From Tepidisphaera sp. (lineage in GTDB: Bacteria > Planctomycetota > Phycisphaerae > Phycisphaerales > UBA1924): a stretch of DNA of 64,000 bases. The notes below the pieces were generated by a model. The model worked only from the letters and a program-made list of their open reading frames with translations. It did no database searches and was not told where the DNA came from. The stretch lies in assembly GCA_050916045.1 (NCBI GenBank), contig CP051526.1, forward strand, positions 1,152,001-1,216,000, in the 5' to 3' direction. Both the position numbers and the translations under genes were made by a program. Positions 58,986-64,000 of the stretch are shown here, in pieces (the stretch's first letter is position 1; every line of letters begins with the position of its first letter).

Positions 58986-59942
58986 ATGTCCTCCACCCGC
59001 TTGTTCGTCCGTTCGACCTTTGCTCTGATGTTCGTCGCCGGTGCGGCGCTCGCCCAGAACGCGGCACCGCCCGCGCAGCCGGCCAAGCCCGCGACGCCTG
59101 CCGCTCCGGCGCAGCCCGCGACCCCGGCCACGCCCGCGACGCCGAAATCGGATGAGAAACTCCCCTCCGGCAAAGACGTGCTCGCCAAGTACGTGGAAGC
59201 CACCGGCGGCCGGGCCGCGTACGAAAAGATCAAGACCCGCGTGAGCGAGGGTTCCTTCGAGATGAAGCCGATGGGCGTGATGGGCACGATGAAGCTCGTC
59301 CAGCAGGCTCCCGCGATGATGTCCCTCACGCTCGACATCGAGAGCATCGGCGCGATCGTCCAAGGCAACAACGGAACGCACGCTTGGATGTCCAACCCGA
59401 TCCAGGGCACCCGCCTCCTCGACGGCGATGAGCTCGAGGAAAGCAACCGCCAGGCCCAGCTCGCGGCCGAGCTCAACCCTGACATCGTGTACAAGAGCGT
59501 CGAGTGCGTCGGCGTTGAGAAGGTCGGCGAGATCGAGTGCTACAAGGTCGAGCTCGTGACCAAGGGCGACTCCAAGCGCTCCGCCTTCTACGGCAAGCAG
59601 GACGGCTTGCTCCACCGTCTCGACATGACCGTCAAGTCGCCCGCGGGCGAAGCCAAAGCGTCCAACCTCCTCGAGGATTATCGCGACATCGACGGCGTCA
59701 AGGTGCCCTTCAAGGTCACGATGGCGGTCAGCGCCGGCGTCAAGATCGAGCAGGTCATGACCTTCAGCAAGATCTCCCACAACGCCGAGGTCCCCGCCGA
59801 CTCCTTCACCCCGCCCAAGGAAGTTCAGGAGCTCATCGACGCCAAGAAGAAGGCCGCCGAGAAGCCCGCTGAGCCCAAGAAGTCCGAGGACAAGAAGCCG
59901 GAAGAGAAGAAGGTCGAACCCAAGGCCGAACCCAAGAAGTAA
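58986..59942 (+). CDS. Secreted protein, outer-membrane lipoprotein-sorting/DUF620-like
   Basis: Signal peptide; VLAKYVEATGG, DYRDIDGVKVPF, F.PP. Confidence 0.7.
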   Translation: MSSTRLFVRSTFALMFVAGAALAQNAAPPAQPAKPATPAAPAQPATPATPATPKSDEKLPSGKDVLAKYVEATGGRAAYEKIKTRVSEGSFEMKPMGVMGTMKLVQQAPAMMSLTLDIESIGAIVQGNNGTHAWMSNPIQGTRLLDGDELEESNRQAQLAAELNPDIVYKSVECVGVEKVGEIECYKVELVTKGDSKRSAFYGKQDGLLHRLDMTVKSPAGEAKASNLLEDYRDIDGVKVPFKVTMAVSAGVKIEQVMTFSKISHNAEVPADSFTPPKEVQELIDAKKKAAEKPAEPKKSEDKKPEEKKVEPKAEPKK

Positions 59943-59961
59943 ACCTCTGTTCACTTGAGCA

Positions 59962-59991
59962 AGCCGCGCCGAGCCATCGGCGCGGTTTTTT
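59962..59991 (+). terminator. Intrinsic terminator
   Basis: CCGCGCCGA-gcca-TCGGCGCGG-TTTTTT. Confidence 0.8.
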
Positions 59992-61877
59992 CATGGGCCC
60001 GCTTTCGCGTCCCGCTTCAGCGACTCGGTGATCGAGATCTCCTGAAGCCGCATGCTGCCGCGGTCCAGCAACTCCTTGAGCTTCTGCATCGCGTTGGGAT
60101 CGACGCTCGTCCAGTCCCTTTCCGCTCGCTCGACCATCGCTCGCAGGTCGGTGATCATCGTCTCGAGGGCGGTGCGATCGGCGACGTCGAGGCGATCGCC
60201 GAACTTGTCGAAGCGGTCCTTGATCCAGCGCAGGTCCAGCTTGGCGTTGACGATGAGATCGACCACGCGGTGCCGTTTCATGTCCTCGCGTGCGTGGGAG
60301 AAGCTCTCGCGTTCGATGCGGTCGACCTCTTCGCGGGTCAGGCCGTGGTTGGGCACGACCTGAAGCTGGGCACGCCGCCCGCTCCGCCGCTCTTGGGCCG
60401 ACACCTGAAGCACTCCGGACGCGTCGACGAGGAACTCGACCTCGACCTGCGGCAAGCCGGCGGGCATCGGCGGCAACCCGCGGAGGTGGAACGTGCCCAG
60501 GCTGCGGCAGTTCTCGACCATCTCGCGTTCACCCTGCACGATGTGAAGCTTGATCGCGGTCTGGTTGTCCACCTGCGTGCTGAACATCTCGCGGGCCCGC
60601 GTGGGGACGGTCGAGTTCCGCATCACGATCTTCGCGACGGCTCCGCCCGCCGTCTCGATGCCCAGCGAAAGCGGGATGACATCCAGAAGCAGAGCACCGG
60701 AAGCCGCGCCGGAAAGAACGCCCGCTTGCACCGCCGCACCGAGCGCAACCGCACGGTCCGGATCGATCGCGGTGTACGGCTCGATGCCGAAGCACGCCGC
60801 GACCGCGCGTCGGACCGCCGGGATGCGGGTTGAGCCGCCCACGAGCACCACCGCGTCCACCGAAGCGACCTTCGCGTCCGCGAGCGCCCGGCGACAGGAA
60901 GCGATCGTGCGGTCAATAAGCGGGGCGATCAACGCTTCGAGCTCTGCCCTCGTCACGACCCGCGTGTATGCGCCGGACCCGGCCGGGAGCGACGCTTGCG
61001 TCTGGTCGACCTCGGACAGAGCGACCTTGACGCGCTCGGCTTCGGTTTGCAGGGCCCGCTTGCGGTCCGCGTCGGGGGACGGCTCTCCGCGAGCGGCGAG
61101 GTCCTTCGCGAAAAGCTCGACGATCAGATGGTCGACATCGTCGCCACCCAGGTGCGTGTCGCCGGCGGTCGAAAGTACCTGAAAGAACGCGGTCTCGCCA
61201 GTTTGCTCGCTCGGCGTCAGCCGAAGGATCGACACATCGAACGTCCCGCCGCCAAAGTCGTACACCGCAACGGTCCGCGTCGATGAGCCGGGCGGAAGCG
61301 TGCCCAAGCCGTACGCGAGAGCCGCGGCCGTGGGCTCATTCACGATGCGCACGACATCGAGCCCCGCGAGCCGGCCCGCGTCGCGCGTCGCTTGTCGCTG
61401 AGCGTCGTCGAAGTACGCCGGAACGGTCACCACGGCTTTGCCGATGGGGAATCCAAGAGCACGCTCGGCGGTCGCTTTCAGCGTGCGGAGGATGATCGCG
61501 GAGACCTCCTGCGGCGTGACGGTCCCGTTCGCGGTCTGCACACGAGCGGTGTTGTTGGGCCCGTCGACGACGGTGTAGCCGAGGAAGGGGAGGTCGGCCG
61601 CCGCGTCGGCTTTGGACCGGCCCATCAGCCGCTTGACGCTGGCGATGGTGGTCGACCCGGGCGAGCCTCCGAGCTTGGCGTCGTGACCGACGACGGGGTC
61701 GCCTTCGCCAAACCGCACGACGCTCGGAAGCATCGACCTGCCCTGAGCATCATCAAGCACACGCGGGCCGGAAGCGTCGTACCACGCGACGAGGCTGTTG
61801 GTCGTGCCGAGATCGATCCCGACGATCGGCTCGCGGGCTTGGGGTGCGGAAGCGGGATTCGCGGACGGGCTGGACAT
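59991..61877 (-). CDS. Hsp70 family chaperone (HscA-like)
   Basis: [42 protein letters not shown]. Confidence 0.92.
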   Translation of the reverse strand: MSSPSANPASAPQAREPIVGIDLGTTNSLVAWYDASGPRVLDDAQGRSMLPSVVRFGEGDPVVGHDAKLGGSPGSTTIASVKRLMGRSKADAAADLPFLGYTVVDGPNNTARVQTANGTVTPQEVSAIILRTLKATAERALGFPIGKAVVTVPAYFDDAQRQATRDAGRLAGLDVVRIVNEPTAAALAYGLGTLPPGSSTRTVAVYDFGGGTFDVSILRLTPSEQTGETAFFQVLSTAGDTHLGGDDVDHLIVELFAKDLAARGEPSPDADRKRALQTEAERVKVALSEVDQTQASLPAGSGAYTRVVTRAELEALIAPLIDRTIASCRRALADAKVASVDAVVLVGGSTRIPAVRRAVAACFGIEPYTAIDPDRAVALGAAVQAGVLSGAASGALLLDVIPLSLGIETAGGAVAKIVMRNSTVPTRAREMFSTQVDNQTAIKLHIVQGEREMVENCRSLGTFHLRGLPPMPAGLPQVEVEFLVDASGVLQVSAQERRSGRRAQLQVVPNHGLTREEVDRIERESFSHAREDMKRHRVVDLIVNAKLDLRWIKDRFDKFGDRLDVADRTALETMITDLRAMVERAERDWTSVDPNAMQKLKELLDRGSMRLQEISITESLKRDAKAGP

Positions 61878-61921
61878 CTGACACGAGCGTAGCGGGCGGG
61901 TTTCGGGGCTTCCCGACTGCC

Positions 61922-62722
61922 TTAAGCCCGGGGACCGATGATCCCGATCATCCGCCCGGTGACCCCGGCATCGCGGCGGTGCGAGAAGAAGAGATCCTTC
62001 TGCCCGACGGTGCAGCCGGGGTCGATGTCGAAGCGGGAAATGCCACCTTGGCGAAGCTGCTCGGCGAGTGCGGCTTTGATGTCGACATGCCACTTCCCGG
62101 GAGCGGCACCGGCCTTGATCAGGCTTGACGCGGCGGGGCCAAACGCGATCCGGAACTCCTCCGCGACCTCCGCACCCACCTCGAAAGCGTCAAAGGAGAT
62201 GCACGGGCCGATCGCCGCGGCGATCTCGACGCCCGACAGGCTTCGCATCGCTCGTACCGCCGCGGGAAGCACGCCCGCGACCACGCCGCGCCACCCCGCG
62301 TGCACCGCGCCGACGACGCGGCCGTCGATCGTCGACAGAAGCACGGGGCAGCAGTCCGCGACGCGGACCGCGATGAGCGTCGTGGGGTCATCGGTCACGA
62401 TCGCGTCCGCTTTCACATCACCCCAGACGATCCGCCCCGACCCGGAAGCGTCAGCGCCCGATCCGCTTGCGTGCACGTGCACCGCCGCTCCGTGCACCTG
62501 ATGCACCTGGATGATCCGACGCTCCGAGCAGCCCAGAGCCTCCGCGACGCGGGCGAAATTGGCTTCGATGTTGGCTTTGGGGTCTCGGGCGACGCCGGGC
62601 GGAAGCTCACCGGGGTTGCCGAAGTTGAGGGAGTCGAAGGGAGCGAGCGAAACGCCGCCGACACGCGTCGAGAAGGCGTGGGGAGCGAGGACGGCGTCGA
62701 GCATCTCCGATCGGACCAGCAT
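61922..62722 (-). CDS. pgeF: PgeF/YfiH family protein
   Basis: TRVGGVS, QVHG, ADCCP, HAGWRG, GPCI, FFSHRR. Confidence 0.92.
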   Translation of the reverse strand: MLVRSEMLDAVLAPHAFSTRVGGVSLAPFDSLNFGNPGELPPGVARDPKANIEANFARVAEALGCSERRIIQVHQVHGAAVHVHASGSGADASGSGRIVWGDVKADAIVTDDPTTLIAVRVADCCPVLLSTIDGRVVGAVHAGWRGVVAGVLPAAVRAMRSLSGVEIAAAIGPCISFDAFEVGAEVAEEFRIAFGPAASSLIKAGAAPGKWHVDIKAALAEQLRQGGISRFDIDPGCTVGQKDLFFSHRRDAGVTGRMIGIIGPRA

Positions 62723-62758
62723 GGCCGAGGATAGGGACCCGGCTACCGAGCAGGTTCG

Positions 62759-63883
62759 TCACGCCGGCGGATTGGTCTTGCTGGGCGAGGTCCCCAGCGC
62801 CGCATCAACGAGTGCTTGGATTTGCGAGAGCACCTCCCCGCTCGCTCCGGCGGATTTCGCGGTCGCCAAGAGCTGCGCGAGGTCTCTCCCGTGCTGCATG
62901 TTCGACTGGATCTGGGCCGTACGCAATTCAGCTTCCAGAGCTTGGCGCTCGGCTTTCACCACATGTTCTGCTCTGCCGAGCACCAGGGTCCTGAGCGTTT
63001 CGGTCAGCCGGATCATGATGTCGTTGACGGCCTCGATCGCAAAGCCGCCGATGATGGCGCAGAGGGTCGGTGTGAACCGCGATCCGGATTGCTCGGTCAC
63101 CAGATTCTCGATCACGATCGCGAGGAGAAGCCCCGCGAGAGATCCGAGGGCGAGTCGCATGTAGTAAGTGGTTCGCAAGAGAGGATCAAACGAACCGTCG
63201 ATCAGATAGGTGCGGATCAGATACAGGTTGTAGAAGGAGGCGCCGACCGCGCCGGCGCCGACGATGGAAAGCACCGCAGGAAGGGTCGCAAGAACACTCG
63301 TCGAACCAGCGGCCGCCGCTTCCGCCGCCTTTGCCGCCACATCCGCCGCAGTCGCCGATGCCTTCGCGGCCGGTGCCGCACCAGCGAAGAGTCCGGAGAT
63401 GAACTGCCAGATGTACGGAGCCGCGAGAAGCACCACGGAAAGACCGGCGAGCCAGTAGTTGATCGCGAGGAATCGCCTCCGGGCGCTTCTCGAAGGTTCC
63501 GCTTCCGAAACCGAGAAGGGAATGGAACTCGGTGTGGCCGGTTTGACCAGATCACAGAGCATGCCGTGGGCTTTGAGCGCCTGCTGAACAGCGCTCGTGC
63601 GGCGCAGCCGGAATCCGTCCCGGACAAGCGGATCCGAGGCATCCGTTATCTGCTTTCGTGCTCGACGGAAGTCCTCGATGGCGACCTCCGCATCGGCGAC
63701 CGCGCTCGCAACGTCCGGCGCGAACTTCCGCCCTCGCTCGGTCGCGAAAATCTTCATGATGCTGATGTGCGAAAGCCAGATCGTGAGCTGGCGGTCGATC
63801 GTCGTCGCGTCGTCGTTTGTCGTCGACTGAACGCTCGGTGTTGCGGAATTGACGTTCTGAAGCGATTGGATCTGTTCGGACAT
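62759..63883 (-). CDS. Hypothetical multi-pass membrane protein
   Basis: Four hydrophobic helices (GAVGA, RLALG.LAG, IGGF); less GC-biased codons. Confidence 0.7.
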   Translation of the reverse strand: MSEQIQSLQNVNSATPSVQSTTNDDATTIDRQLTIWLSHISIMKIFATERGRKFAPDVASAVADAEVAIEDFRRARKQITDASDPLVRDGFRLRRTSAVQQALKAHGMLCDLVKPATPSSIPFSVSEAEPSRSARRRFLAINYWLAGLSVVLLAAPYIWQFISGLFAGAAPAAKASATAADVAAKAAEAAAAGSTSVLATLPAVLSIVGAGAVGASFYNLYLIRTYLIDGSFDPLLRTTYYMRLALGSLAGLLLAIVIENLVTEQSGSRFTPTLCAIIGGFAIEAVNDIMIRLTETLRTLVLGRAEHVVKAERQALEAELRTAQIQSNMQHGRDLAQLLATAKSAGASGEVLSQIQALVDAALGTSPSKTNPPA

Positions 63884-64000
63884 GAAGTTCCCTTGCACGA
63901 AGAAGTCGCCTGTGCTCGGAACACATGATGAACAGGGGCGGCAGATGAGGATAGCCGTACGACCAACTCGTATGCGCGACACAAAATTGTGCTTTCCAAC

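Overview
High-GC bacterial chromosome segment, almost certainly Planctomycetota (Phycisphaerae-like): it carries an N-methyl pilin-like H-X9-DG protein, a C-terminal GC-type dockerin-like anchor and a groEL...groES-groEL-dnaJ-grpE layout. Positions 1-15093 form a coherent accessory locus that looks like a phosphate-starvation-controlled aminophosphonate scavenging system: a PbfA-like ammonia-lyase, a PhnX-like HAD hydrolase, a TIGR03364-like FAD oxidoreductase, an organophosphate MFS transporter, a secreted LamG-metallophosphoesterase, a metal ABC module, and a divergent pilin-like/1006-aa surface-protein pair. Four promoters in this locus share 11-bp-period direct repeats at a near-fixed distance from a -10 hexamer (Pho-box-like). 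tRNA-Glu(CTC) closes the locus. The rest is mostly core genes: acpP-fabF, ispH, a chaperone operon with a sigma54-type promoter and passenger genes, acpS, plsC, NUDIX, an inactive-looking site-2 protease paired with a rhomboid, lptD-MFS-giant LptC/A-like operon, DegT aminotransferase, typA, an SBP-OmpA fusion, amidase, MBL hydrolase, arfB, fabI, nadC, birA, ABC-F, S41 peptidase, Hsp70 and pgeF. Other oddities are a 21-bp tandem array at a sharp G/C-skew flip, a 16-bp inverted repeat bracketing the second groEL, an in-frame TGA at a zinc-ribbon Cys position, and many apparently leaderless genes. All family assignments come from motifs recognised by eye; no searches were run.
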